A DNA stretch of 64,000 nucleotides from an uncultured delta proteobacterium (GTDB lineage: Bacteria > Desulfobacterota > Desulfuromonadia > Geobacterales > DSM-12255), in the NCBI GenBank assembly GCA_963787125.1, contig CAWBBV010000007.1, positions 512,001 through 576,000 on the forward strand. The letters run 5' to 3'. How positions within the stretch are numbered: the stretch's first letter is position 1; each line of letters begins with the position of its first letter. The position numbers were made by a program, and so were the translations under genes. Below are positions 24,789 to 33,714 of this stretch, piece after piece. The notes under the pieces were generated by a model that saw nothing but the letters and a program-made list of their open reading frames with translations, ran no database searches and had not been told where the DNA came from.

Positions 24789-25891
24789 ATGGGACTTTTC
24801 AAGACAGTTATCGACTGGATCGACCGGCGCATCAATGTCCGTGAAATTGTGGCAAAGGAGCTGACCGGCTATCTCCTGCCGCGCAATATCAATGTCTGGT
24901 ATTCCATGGGGAGTATCCTCCTCTTCATTTTCGGCCTACAGGTCGTGACCGGCATCCTGCTGCTGATCTATTACGTCCCGGATGCTGACAAGGCGTTCAA
25001 GAGTGTCACCTTTATCATGAACGACGTCCCCTTCGGCTGGCTGATCCGGATGTGCCACGCGGTCGGCTCGAACATGATGGTGCTGATACTCCTTTTCCAT
25101 ATGCTGTCGGTCCTGTTCATGGGGAGCTACAAGAAGCCGCGGGAGCTGAACTGGCTCTCCGGGTTTATCCTCTTCAATCTGATTATGGGGATTTCCCTGA
25201 CCGGCTATCTGCTCCCCTGGAGCCAGCTCTCCTTCTGGGCGACCACCGTGGCCACCAACAGTGTCAGTTCCATCCCGGTGGCCGGTCCGTTTCTGGTGGA
25301 GTTTCTCCGCGGCAGCAAGCTTGTCGGACCAGCGACACTGGGACGCTTCTTCGCCCTGCATGTATCGGTCCTGCCGCTGGCCATTGCCGGCCTGATCGGA
25401 GCCCATCTCTTTTTTCTCAAACGGACCGGTATTTCAACACCACCCTTTGGCGTCAAGGATAGCGGCAACCAGTGGAAGGGGACACTTATTGTTACGAGGA
25501 CCATCCGGGTGGGATTCCATTCTTCCCCGACTATGCTCTGCAGGATGCCACTTCCATCGCCCTTTATCTGGTGTTTTTCCTGGCAGTGGTCTTTTTTGAT
25601 CCCTATCTTTTCTTCACCCGTGAATCTTTTGTCGCGGCCAATCCGTTCCAGACTCCGGCTCACATCAAACCCGAGTGGTACTTTCTGGCCAACTACCAGA
25701 CCCTGAAAATATTTCCCAATGAATTCATCGGCCTGTCGGTGCAGGGTGCGGCAATGACTTTCATCGCCCTGCTCCCCTTCATTGACGTCGGCCGCGAGCG
25801 CCATCCCTTGAAACGACCGCTTTTCATGGCAGCTGCCATGGGCGGGATCATTCTCTGGATAGGCCTGTCCATCTGGGGGCACTACTCATGA
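24789..25891 (+). pseudogene. Cytochrome b/b6 of bc complex, split by a -1 indel in the G-run 25478-25481 (probably an assembly error)
   Basis: GWLIRMCH, GYLLPWSQLSFWA, RFFALH in 24789..25706 frame; PFFP and IKPEWYF (PEWY) in 25472..25891 frame. Confidence 0.9.
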
Positions 25892-26709
25892 GACAGATGA
25901 ATGTAACCATAAAGCAGATCTTGATTCTGGCAGCACTCTTCATGCTGCCGCAGGCGGCAGCGGCAGCAGTGGCCGGACCAGTCGAGATTGTCTGCATCCA
26001 GTGTCACGCCAAGCTGCCGGGCAAATACGGTGAACCGGTCAAACTCTGGCAGGGGAGCATTCATGCCGAAAACGGCATCGCCTGCAATTCCTGCCATGGC
26101 GGCGATCCCAAGGATGCGGCCAACGCCATGAGCCCGGCCCGCGGTTTTCTCGGCGCGCCGAAAGAGACGGCTATCCCGGCGTTTTGCGGCCGCTGTCATG
26201 TCGGCGTGCTGAAAGACTATCTGACCAGCCTGCACGGCAAAGCCCTGGGCAGGGGAGGGCCGACCTGCGTAACCTGCCACGGCAACCACAATGTGGTCAA
26301 AGCGTCCCTGGATCTTATCAACGAGAAATCCTGCAGCCGTTGCCACAGTTTTAAACAGGCGGAAAAAATCAAAGCGGCAATGTACGAAACAGAAAAGATG
26401 ATTCTGAACATTGAGACCAGAACTGCAGGCTTCAAGCAGCAGGGGGTCGAAGTCGACCGGTTGGAAAAGGGGCTGTTTTCAATCCGCAACAGCTTCCATT
26501 CGCTCTTCCATACCGTCGACACCGGCAAGGTCGGCACGGAATCGGCGCGTATCCAGACAGAATTGAAGAAACTTGAATATATCCTTAACGGCATTGATGA
26601 ACAGCTGCAAAAACGCAAGCTGATCGGGGCCGGTGCCGTAGCAGGCGCTCTCCTGGCCGCTCTGCTGTTCTTCCTGCTCAGAAAAACCTGCGAACGGACA
26701 AAACCCTGA
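25888..26709 (+). CDS. Membrane-anchored pentaheme cytochrome c of the bc complex
   Basis: Signal peptide; CIQCH, CNSCH, CGRCH, CVTCH, CSRCH; C-terminal TM. Confidence 0.9.
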   Translation: MRQMNVTIKQILILAALFMLPQAAAAAVAGPVEIVCIQCHAKLPGKYGEPVKLWQGSIHAENGIACNSCHGGDPKDAANAMSPARGFLGAPKETAIPAFCGRCHVGVLKDYLTSLHGKALGRGGPTCVTCHGNHNVVKASLDLINEKSCSRCHSFKQAEKIKAAMYETEKMILNIETRTAGFKQQGVEVDRLEKGLFSIRNSFHSLFHTVDTGKVGTESARIQTELKKLEYILNGIDEQLQKRKLIGAGAVAGALLAALLFFLLRKTCERTKP

Positions 26710-26742
26710 TCCGGACAGCCTCTAAGGCTTGAGTGAAAATTT

Positions 26743-27555
26743 GTGAGCATATTCCAACCTGGACGACAACTGCTTTTCGTGATCATGCTCCTGTTGCCGG
26801 GCCTTCTCTTTGCCCATACAGGCGGCGACGGGCAACTGAATCTTCCGCCGGGCGGGATTGAAGAGCACCTCGGCGCAAAAATCCCCCTGGACATCACCTT
26901 CCGGGATGAGACCGGAAAATTAGTTGCACTCGCAGAGCTGATTTCCGGTCCGACCATTATTCTGCCTGTTTACTATCGCTGTGCCAATGTCTGCAGTGTT
27001 CTCCAGGCCCGCATGGCAACTGCGCTGCAGAAACTGGAACTGAAACCGGCAGTGGATTACCGGGTCATCTCCATCAGTTTCGACGAACGGGAGACCCCGG
27101 AACTGGCCGCCCGGAGCAAGCTGGCCTACCTGGCTGCCATTCGCAAGCCTTTTCCGGCAGACGGGTGGCGTTTTTTGACCGGTGACAACGCAGCCATCCA
27201 CCGCCTGACTGACAGTGCCGGTTATTTTTTCCAGCGGCAGGGTGAGGATTTTATTCACCCGGTGGTCAGCATCATGGTGGCCGGCGACGGCACCATTGTC
27301 CGCTATCTCTATGGTTTGACCGTCCTCCCCAAAGACCTGGCCCTGGCCATCACCGAAGCGCGTAGCGGCCTTACCGGCGCCTCGATCCGCAAGGCGATGG
27401 ACTTCTGCTTCACCTACGATCCGGCAGGCAAGACTTATGTTTTCAATCTCTTGAAAGTCGGCGCGACAACCGTTATCCTTGCTGCCGGCGGGTTTCTTGC
27501 CTTCCTGCTGCTGACCGGCAAAAAACAGCGACCATCTCCCGGAGAAAAATCATGA
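26743..27555 (+). CDS. SCO1/SenC copper chaperone
   Basis: YYRCANVC (CxxxC), WRFLTG, FIHP. Confidence 0.9.
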   Translation: MSIFQPGRQLLFVIMLLLPGLLFAHTGGDGQLNLPPGGIEEHLGAKIPLDITFRDETGKLVALAELISGPTIILPVYYRCANVCSVLQARMATALQKLELKPAVDYRVISISFDERETPELAARSKLAYLAAIRKPFPADGWRFLTGDNAAIHRLTDSAGYFFQRQGEDFIHPVVSIMVAGDGTIVRYLYGLTVLPKDLALAITEARSGLTGASIRKAMDFCFTYDPAGKTYVFNLLKVGATTVILAAGGFLAFLLLTGKKQRPSPGEKS

Positions 27556-29168
27556 TTCCTGCTGCACCGATTCAGGCAAGCTTCTGGAACGACACCGGCA
27601 AGACCGGTATTGCTGCCTGGATCTTCTCCACTGACCACAAGCGGATCGGTCTCCTCTACTTTTACTCGGTTCTCGGCTTCTTCCTGATTGCCGTCTGCCT
27701 CGGCCTGCTGCTGCGGATCGAGCTGATGGCGCCGGGCCGGACCATCATGGGGGCGCAGAGCTACAACGCCCTCTTCACCGTCCACGGCGTCATCATGGTC
27801 TTCCTCTTCATAATCCCCGGCTTTCCCGGCGCCTTCGGCAATCTGGTCATGCCGATCCAGATCGGCGCCCGGGATGTCGCCTTCCCACGGCTCAACCTCT
27901 TCTCCTGGTGGCTCTATATGCTCGGTGCGGTCATCATCCTTACCGCCCTCTTTACCGGCGGCGGACCGCCGGATACCGGCTGGACCTTTTATGTCCCGTT
28001 CAGCGCCCGCACCGGCACCAACGTCTCCCTGGCGGTCTTCGGCGTCTTCATTATCGGCTTCTCCTCGATTCTCACCGGGGTTAACTTTGTCACCACCATC
28101 CACCGCCTGCGGGCCGAGGGGCTGAGCTGGACCCGGCTGCCGCTCTTTGTCTGGTCGCTCTATGCCACCGCCTGGGTGCAGATCCTGGCCACGCCGATCC
28201 TCGGCATTACCCTCGCCCTGGTCATTGCCGAAAGAATGCTCGGAACCGGCCTGTTCGATGCCGCCCGGGGCGGCGATCCGCTCATGTATCAACATCTTTT
28301 CTGGATCTACTCCCACCCGGCGGTTTATATCATGATCCTGCCGGCCATGGGGGTCATCTCGGACATCATCCCGGTCTTTTCCCGCAAACCGGTTTTCGGC
28401 TACAAGATGATCGCCTTCTCCAGTATCGCCATTGCTGCGGCCGGCTCGCTGGTCTGGGGTCACCACATGTTCACCAGTGGCATGAGCGACACCGCAGTGC
28501 TGGTCTTCTCCTTCCTCACTTTCGTCGTTGCCATTCCCTCGGCCATCAAGGTCTTCAACTGGGTTGCCACCCTTTACAAGGGCTCCATCTCCCTGGAAGC
28601 GCCGATGCTCTTCGCCCTCAGCTTCATTCTGCTCTTCTCCATCGGCGGCCTGACCGGGCTGATCCTCGGCGCTGCGGCCACTGACATCCATGTCCACGAC
28701 ACCCAGTTCGTGGTCGGCCACTTCCATTACGTCATTTTCGGCGGCTCCGGATTTGCCTTTTTCGCTGCCATGCACTACTGGCTCCCCAAGTTCTATGGCC
28801 GCCGCTATGCCGAGAAACCGGCCCTCATCGCCTGGGGGCTGATGTTCGTCGGCTTCAACATCACTTACTTCTCCATGATGGTGCTGGGGATGAAGGGGAT
28901 GCCGCGCCGCTACTACGACTATCTTCCCGAGTTCGCCCCGCTCAACCTCGCCTCCACCCTCGGCAGCTGGTTGCTGGCCATCGGCATGGTGCTGCTGCTG
29001 GTTAACCTCTTCCGTGGCCTTTTCCGCGGTGAGCCTTTCGTCGGCAACCCCTGGGGGGGGGCGACCCTGGAGTGGAGCGTGGCAACCCCGCCACCGACGG
29101 AAAACTTCGAAGAAGAGCCGGTGGTGACTCACGGACCCTACGACTTCAAAGGAACGGGAATCCCATGA
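27552..29168 (+). CDS. coxA: Cytochrome c oxidase subunit I (A2-type)
   Basis: DHKRIG, HGVIM, WIYSHPAVY, WGHHMF, GHFHYV, GMPRRY. Confidence 0.98.
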   Translation: MIPAAPIQASFWNDTGKTGIAAWIFSTDHKRIGLLYFYSVLGFFLIAVCLGLLLRIELMAPGRTIMGAQSYNALFTVHGVIMVFLFIIPGFPGAFGNLVMPIQIGARDVAFPRLNLFSWWLYMLGAVIILTALFTGGGPPDTGWTFYVPFSARTGTNVSLAVFGVFIIGFSSILTGVNFVTTIHRLRAEGLSWTRLPLFVWSLYATAWVQILATPILGITLALVIAERMLGTGLFDAARGGDPLMYQHLFWIYSHPAVYIMILPAMGVISDIIPVFSRKPVFGYKMIAFSSIAIAAAGSLVWGHHMFTSGMSDTAVLVFSFLTFVVAIPSAIKVFNWVATLYKGSISLEAPMLFALSFILLFSIGGLTGLILGAAATDIHVHDTQFVVGHFHYVIFGGSGFAFFAAMHYWLPKFYGRRYAEKPALIAWGLMFVGFNITYFSMMVLGMKGMPRRYYDYLPEFAPLNLASTLGSWLLAIGMVLLLVNLFRGLFRGEPFVGNPWGGATLEWSVATPPPTENFEEEPVVTHGPYDFKGTGIP

Positions 29169-29767
29169 GCGGGCATCAGCACCGAGACCGTGCCGGCGCC
29201 ACCCTCGGCATGTGGCTGTTCCTCTTCACCGAACTGATCCTCTTCGGCGGACTGTTCCTCCTCTATGCCGTCTACCTGGCCCGCTACCCCCATGAGTTCG
29301 CTGCCGGCGGCAGGGAGCTGAACGTGGTCTTCGGCGCGGTCAACACCATCGTGCTCCTCAGCAGCAGCCTGCTGGCGGCCATGGCAGTCACCGCAATCCA
29401 GCGCGGCCTGAAGCCGACCAGCATCTGGCTGCTGTTCGGCACTATCGGCTGCGCCCTGATCTTTATGGGAATCAAGTACGTCGAGTGGAGCGCCAAGTTC
29501 GGCCACGATATCTACCCCGGTTCAAAGCGGCTACTGGCCGGCCCGCCGGGTGAATCGGTCTTCTTCAGCCTCTACTACCTGACCACCGGTCTCCACGGCC
29601 TGCACGTGCTGATCGGCGGGACGCTGCTGGGTTTTGTGGCGCTGCGGGTGCAGCAGGGGAAGATCGACAGCAGCAACTATTCCTGGCTGGAGAACGGCGC
29701 CCTTTACTGGCACCTGGTGGACCTGATCTGGATATTTATTTTTCCGCTGTATTATTTGATTCTCTGA
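29165..29767 (+). CDS. coxC: Cytochrome c oxidase subunit III
   Basis: GMWLFLFTE, TGLHGLHV, YWHLVDLIW; ATGA overlap with coxA. Confidence 0.95.
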   Translation: MSGHQHRDRAGATLGMWLFLFTELILFGGLFLLYAVYLARYPHEFAAGGRELNVVFGAVNTIVLLSSSLLAAMAVTAIQRGLKPTSIWLLFGTIGCALIFMGIKYVEWSAKFGHDIYPGSKRLLAGPPGESVFFSLYYLTTGLHGLHVLIGGTLLGFVALRVQQGKIDSSNYSWLENGALYWHLVDLIWIFIFPLYYLIL

Positions 29768-29818
29768 TTCTGCTCTCTGATGTACAATGGTATCATTGAT
29801 ATCATGGAGGTAAACGCA

Positions 29819-30094
29819 ATGGCCAGCACACGACAGCTAGGGCTTCGGCTCGATGAAAATGACAATCTGAGCCTCAAGCGGATAGCGCAGCGCGAAGGCC
29901 GCACCGAGCAGGATATTCTCAGGGATTCGCTCCGGATGTACGTGCGCAGCGCCGACGAGCAGAAGGAATTTTTCGATTCCGTGGAACGCGGCTGGTATGA
30001 ACTCCGTTCCGGTCTTGGGGATGTCGTCGCGGAAAATGACGGTTTTTTCAATTCCATCCGCAAAGAGATCGGGAATGAAAAGACGACTGCTTAA
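29819..30094 (+). CDS. Putative ribbon-helix-helix (CopG/ParD-like) antitoxin
   Basis: RQLGLRLD...LKRIAQREGRTEQDILRDSLRMYV RHH pattern, acidic C-terminus; GGAGG RBS; overlaps next ORF. Confidence 0.7.
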   Translation: MASTRQLGLRLDENDNLSLKRIAQREGRTEQDILRDSLRMYVRSADEQKEFFDSVERGWYELRSGLGDVVAENDGFFNSIRKEIGNEKTTA

Positions 30095-30416
30095 GCGCTC
30101 CAGCGAATATAAAGCCAGAGTCAGGTCGTATGCGCTGGGGCTGGCAGAGCGGTACAGGCCGGAAATAGCCGCTGTGTTTCTGTCCAGAGTCGAGGAGACC
30201 GAAGCGCTTCTCGACGCCAACAACTCTGCCGGGACCGATTCGCCGTACCTGCTCGCCGGGCAGCAGGTAGTCCTCAAGGAGCTCTATTTCGGTTCCGGCC
30301 CGGTCAGGTATTGCCTGATTTACGAGGTGACGGATGAATATGTCGGCTTGATTTCGTTATGGCATGGTGTGGGTTTGAGGAAGTCAGGTACGCTAATACG
30401 GCTATGGGGGGCATAA
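30075..30416 (+). CDS. Putative divergent RelE/ParE-family toxin
   Basis: 113 aa; 'AAVFLSRVEE', 'YCLIYEV...VGLISLWHG' ParE-like C-terminus; coupled to RHH gene. Confidence 0.6.
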   Translation: MKRRLLKRSSEYKARVRSYALGLAERYRPEIAAVFLSRVEETEALLDANNSAGTDSPYLLAGQQVVLKELYFGSGPVRYCLIYEVTDEYVGLISLWHGVGLRKSGTLIRLWGA

Positions 30417-30519
30417 CCAACCGGGATATCAATTGCGTTGGCACGGGTAGCCTCTTTCATGAGATATTCATATAAACGTGGAATATGCAGACTGCAGATT
30501 AATATGTTAGCTGCAAAAA

Positions 30520-30774
30520 ATGGACAAAAGAATGATTACTGCAATCGATAAACTTTTTATTTGGTCAATGTATGGAGGAATTGGGCTTCTTGCAATGACC
30601 CTGTGCGATAAGGACATCACGACAAGAGGACCAATCGGCTCTTCTATTTCGCTTGCGGTAGGATTTGTTGCTGTCTATTTATCTAGGCCGATCTTGGCAA
30701 GTTTAGCCCGCTATCAGCTCGCTGTGATAATTGTCCTGTTATGGTGGTTTGTATTTTATCTCATGGCTCATTAA
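30520..30774 (+). CDS. Small hypothetical membrane protein (about 3 TM), AT-rich
   Basis: 84-aa hydrophobic ORF filling the gap before coxD; no clear RBS. Confidence 0.5.
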   Translation: MDKRMITAIDKLFIWSMYGGIGLLAMTLCDKDITTRGPIGSSISLAVGFVAVYLSRPILASLARYQLAVIIVLLWWFVFYLMAH

Positions 30775-30820
30775 CGCAACAGTTGCAGAATGGCAAATAT
30801 TGTCAACTAAAGGTATCGCC

Positions 30821-31120
30821 ATGCCCCAACCAACTGATACACCGCAATCACCCCACATCATCAGCTACACCAAGCTGACTGCGGTCTGGCTGGTTTTGCT
30901 GGCCTTGACCGGGCTGACAATCTGGGTCTCGCGCCTCGACCTGGGGGTGAACCGGGTCTGGGGGGCGCTGGCTATCGCCTCGCTCAAGAGCGGGCTGGTG
31001 ATCGCCTTTTTCATGCACATGAAGTACGAGGGGAAGCTGCTCCGCTGGCTGCTCTTTGTGGCGCTGTTGACCCTGGCTATCTTCATCGGCTTCACTTTTT
31101 TTGATGTGCTGTACAGGTAG
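30821..31120 (+). CDS. coxD: Cytochrome c oxidase subunit IV
   Basis: WLVLLALT, KSGLVIAFFMHMKYE. Confidence 0.92.
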   Translation: MPQPTDTPQSPHIISYTKLTAVWLVLLALTGLTIWVSRLDLGVNRVWGALAIASLKSGLVIAFFMHMKYEGKLLRWLLFVALLTLAIFIGFTFFDVLYR

Positions 31121-31153
31121 AAACCTCCGAGGTTTTAAAAACCTCGGAGGTCT
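31121..31153. repeat. REP-like palindrome between coxD and coxB
   Basis: acctccgaggtttt-a-aaaacctcggaggt perfect inverted repeat. Confidence 0.6.
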
Positions 31154-31174
31154 GACAGTTGATAGGAAACTAAC

Positions 31175-32092
31175 GTGAACCCAGCCCTGCTCTCCACAAC
31201 CGACGCGGTCGATCCGGTCTTCAAGTTCATCTTCGGCGCCTGCCTGCTGCTGCTTGGCGGCATTACGGCGACGGTGCTCTGGTTCGCCTTCCGTTATCGC
31301 CGCTCCCGCGCTCCGGAACCGACTTCGCAGGTGGAAAATAATTTCTGGCTGGAGACGATCTGGATCGTCCTGCCCAGCATTCTGGTCATGGCGATGTTCT
31401 ACTACGGCTGGGCCGGCTATCTGACCCTGCGGACCGTGCCAAAGAATGCCCTGCCGGTGACCGCCACGGCGCGAATGTGGAGCTGGAACTTCAGCTATGC
31501 CAATGGCCGCACCAGCCCAAAGCTCTATGTCCCAGTGGGGAAACCGGTGGTCGTCGATCTGGTGTCAAGTGACATCCTCCACGGTTTTTTCATCCCCGCC
31601 TTCCGGGTCAAGCGCGATGTGGTGCCGGGAATGAAGAACCATGCCTGGTTTGTGGCTGAAGTAGCCGGTAACTACGACCTGTTCTGCTCCCAGTACTGCG
31701 GCAAAGGTCACTCGGCGATGATTACTACTGTGGAGGCGCTGCCGGAGGCAGAGTTCACTGCCTGGCTGGAGCAGAAAGAAAAACGGGGAGCCGGAGCAGA
31801 GAAGCCAGACGGCGCCCGTCTGGCAAAAGAGAAAGGCTGTCTTGCCTGCCACTCCCTCGACGGCGTTCGCGGCGTCGGTCCGACTTTTAAAGGGCTTTAC
31901 CGTCAGCAGCGCCTGGTGAAACAGGACGGCAAACTGGTGACGATTATTGCCGACGACGTCTATTTGCGAGAATCGATCCGCTCCCCCAATGCCAAAATCG
32001 TCGACGGCTTTCAGCCGATCATGCCGGCTATCAGTGACCTGACCGATGCCGAAGTCGAGGCACTGGTGGAGTACCTCAAGGGGGTTAAGTGA
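31175..32092 (+). CDS. coxB: Cytochrome c oxidase subunit II with fused cytochrome c (caa3-type architecture)
   Basis: LETIWIVLP, DILHGF, CSQYCGKGHSAM CuA ligands, C-terminal CLACH. Confidence 0.96.
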   Translation: MNPALLSTTDAVDPVFKFIFGACLLLLGGITATVLWFAFRYRRSRAPEPTSQVENNFWLETIWIVLPSILVMAMFYYGWAGYLTLRTVPKNALPVTATARMWSWNFSYANGRTSPKLYVPVGKPVVVDLVSSDILHGFFIPAFRVKRDVVPGMKNHAWFVAEVAGNYDLFCSQYCGKGHSAMITTVEALPEAEFTAWLEQKEKRGAGAEKPDGARLAKEKGCLACHSLDGVRGVGPTFKGLYRQQRLVKQDGKLVTIIADDVYLRESIRSPNAKIVDGFQPIMPAISDLTDAEVEALVEYLKGVK

Positions 32093-33021
32093 TGGCTACC
32101 GGTCCGGGAAGCTGCACAGCAACCGCTGCCGCCCTGCCGGCAGAGCGAACGCCAAGCCTCTTCGCAGCGCTCCTGCTGCTTTCCAAGCCGGGGATAGTTC
32201 TGGCCGAGACTGTTGCCGGTTTTATCGGGATGCTCCTTGCCAACAGCGGCCACTTGCCGCCAGCAGCGACTCTCTGCTGGGTGCTGCTGTGCCTGATTCT
32301 GGCTGCCAGCGGCGCAGCCATGGGTAATTGCCTTCTCGATGTCGCTACAGACCGGCTGATGCCGCGCCTGACAGCCAGAAACAGGGCACTGGCCACAGTC
32401 GGCAGTGAGCGGGTCCTGAGCCTTGTCCTGCTGTTGACCGGAGCTGCGTTCATAATCACGTTCCTTTTCCTCAACACCCTCACGCTCCTGCTGCTGGCAG
32501 CTGCCAGCAGCAGCTACCTGCTTCTCTATACTCTCTGGCTGAAACGGACCTCCCCCTGGGGAGTCTTCGCAGGGGGGATTCCCGGGGCGCTGCCGCCGCT
32601 GATCGGCGCTGCTGCTGTCAGCGGCCACGTTTCCGCTCCACCCCTGCTGCTCAGCCTGATCGTCTTTATCTGGCAGATGCCTCATTTCTGGTTTCTGGCA
32701 CTGCACTACCGCGAGCAGTACGGTCGGGCGGGTATTCCGGTGCTGCCGGTGACTCACGGAATCGACCTGACCAAAAGACTCACGCTCTGCAGCTCTGCCG
32801 CACTGCTGCCCGCTTCGCTGGTTTTCACGCTGCTTCCCCCTTTTTCTTCCGGTTTCACATTGATCATCCTTCTGGCGGGGATTATCTTTCTGCTGCTCTG
32901 CTACCGCTGCCTTTACCGGACCGAAGATTATTACCGCGGTTTTATTGTCACCCTTGCCTATCTGGGCACTATCTTCACAGCGATTATTGTCGACATTTCC
33001 CTGAAAATCATACGTTGCTGA
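32089..33021 (+). CDS. ctaB: Protoheme IX farnesyltransferase (heme O synthase)
   Basis: LSKPGI, DRLMPR, YTLWLKR, WQMPHF. Confidence 0.93.
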   Translation: MMATGPGSCTATAAALPAERTPSLFAALLLLSKPGIVLAETVAGFIGMLLANSGHLPPAATLCWVLLCLILAASGAAMGNCLLDVATDRLMPRLTARNRALATVGSERVLSLVLLLTGAAFIITFLFLNTLTLLLLAAASSSYLLLYTLWLKRTSPWGVFAGGIPGALPPLIGAAAVSGHVSAPPLLLSLIVFIWQMPHFWFLALHYREQYGRAGIPVLPVTHGIDLTKRLTLCSSAALLPASLVFTLLPPFSSGFTLIILLAGIIFLLLCYRCLYRTEDYYRGFIVTLAYLGTIFTAIIVDISLKIIRC

Positions 33022-33186
33022 AATGCCCGGATCAGCTTGATGAATGCCGCTCAAGTAATAAAAATCTCTGTAGCGGCTCTGAAAATCTGTGTTATTATCA
33101 GCAGGCTTGGCCCTGAAACTCTTTTACATACCAATTCAGCGACAATCCGGTAAAACCGGCAGATCATCCAAAAAGGAGCTAGCCCC

Positions 33187-33498
33187 GTGAAAAAAATGAC
33201 AATAGTTACCCTTACCGCCGTAACCATGGTCTTGACCGCCGCCACTGTCTTTGCCGCTTCCGGCGAGGAACTCTTCAAGCAGCACTGTGCCGCCTGTCAT
33301 CCCGATGGTGGCAACATCATCAAACCGCAAAAGACTCTCCACAAGAAAGATCTGGCAAAAGACGGTATCAAGGAGTGGAAAGGGGTCGTCAAGAGCATGC
33401 GCAATCCGGGCACCGGCATGACCAAGTTCGACGCCAAGACCATATCAGACAAGGATGCCAGAGCCATCGCCGAGTATGTTCTCAAGACTTTCAAGTAA
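33187..33498 (+). CDS. Periplasmic monoheme class I cytochrome c (c6-like)
   Basis: Signal peptide, GEELFKQHCAACHPDGGN, distal Met (GMTKF). Confidence 0.9.
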   Translation: MKKMTIVTLTAVTMVLTAATVFAASGEELFKQHCAACHPDGGNIIKPQKTLHKKDLAKDGIKEWKGVVKSMRNPGTGMTKFDAKTISDKDARAIAEYVLKTFK

Positions 33499-33623
33499 TT
33501 CCAATTCCAAATCAAAGCGCCCTCATCGTTGGCTCGTCTTCGGCTTCTCAACATACTTAAATGTATGCCTTCGTCGCCTCAATCCTCGCCGCCTTGATGT
33601 CATCTCTGATTTGAAACTGGAAT
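33498..33623. repeat. About 125-bp palindromic dispersed repeat (MITE-like), copy A
   Basis: Imperfect terminal IR attccaattccaaatcaaag / ctctgatttgaaactggaat; 39-bp block identical to copy at 38174. Confidence 0.8.
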
Positions 33624-33659
33624 AAGGACTGGTAAGTCGAGCGATGTTGTTATGAAATA

Positions 33660-33696
33660 AAAGAGCCGGTCAGAATTTCTGACCGGCTTTTTTTTT
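33660..33696. terminator. Bidirectional terminator (copy 2 of near-identical pair)
   Basis: agccggtcaga-att-tctgaccggct flanked by A and T runs. Confidence 0.85.
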
Positions 33697-33714
33697 AGTT
33701 CTGACTGTAGGAGC

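Noticed and set aside
27435..29132. 565-aa minus-strand ORF
   Set aside because: Antisense shadow of GC-rich coxA; no motifs
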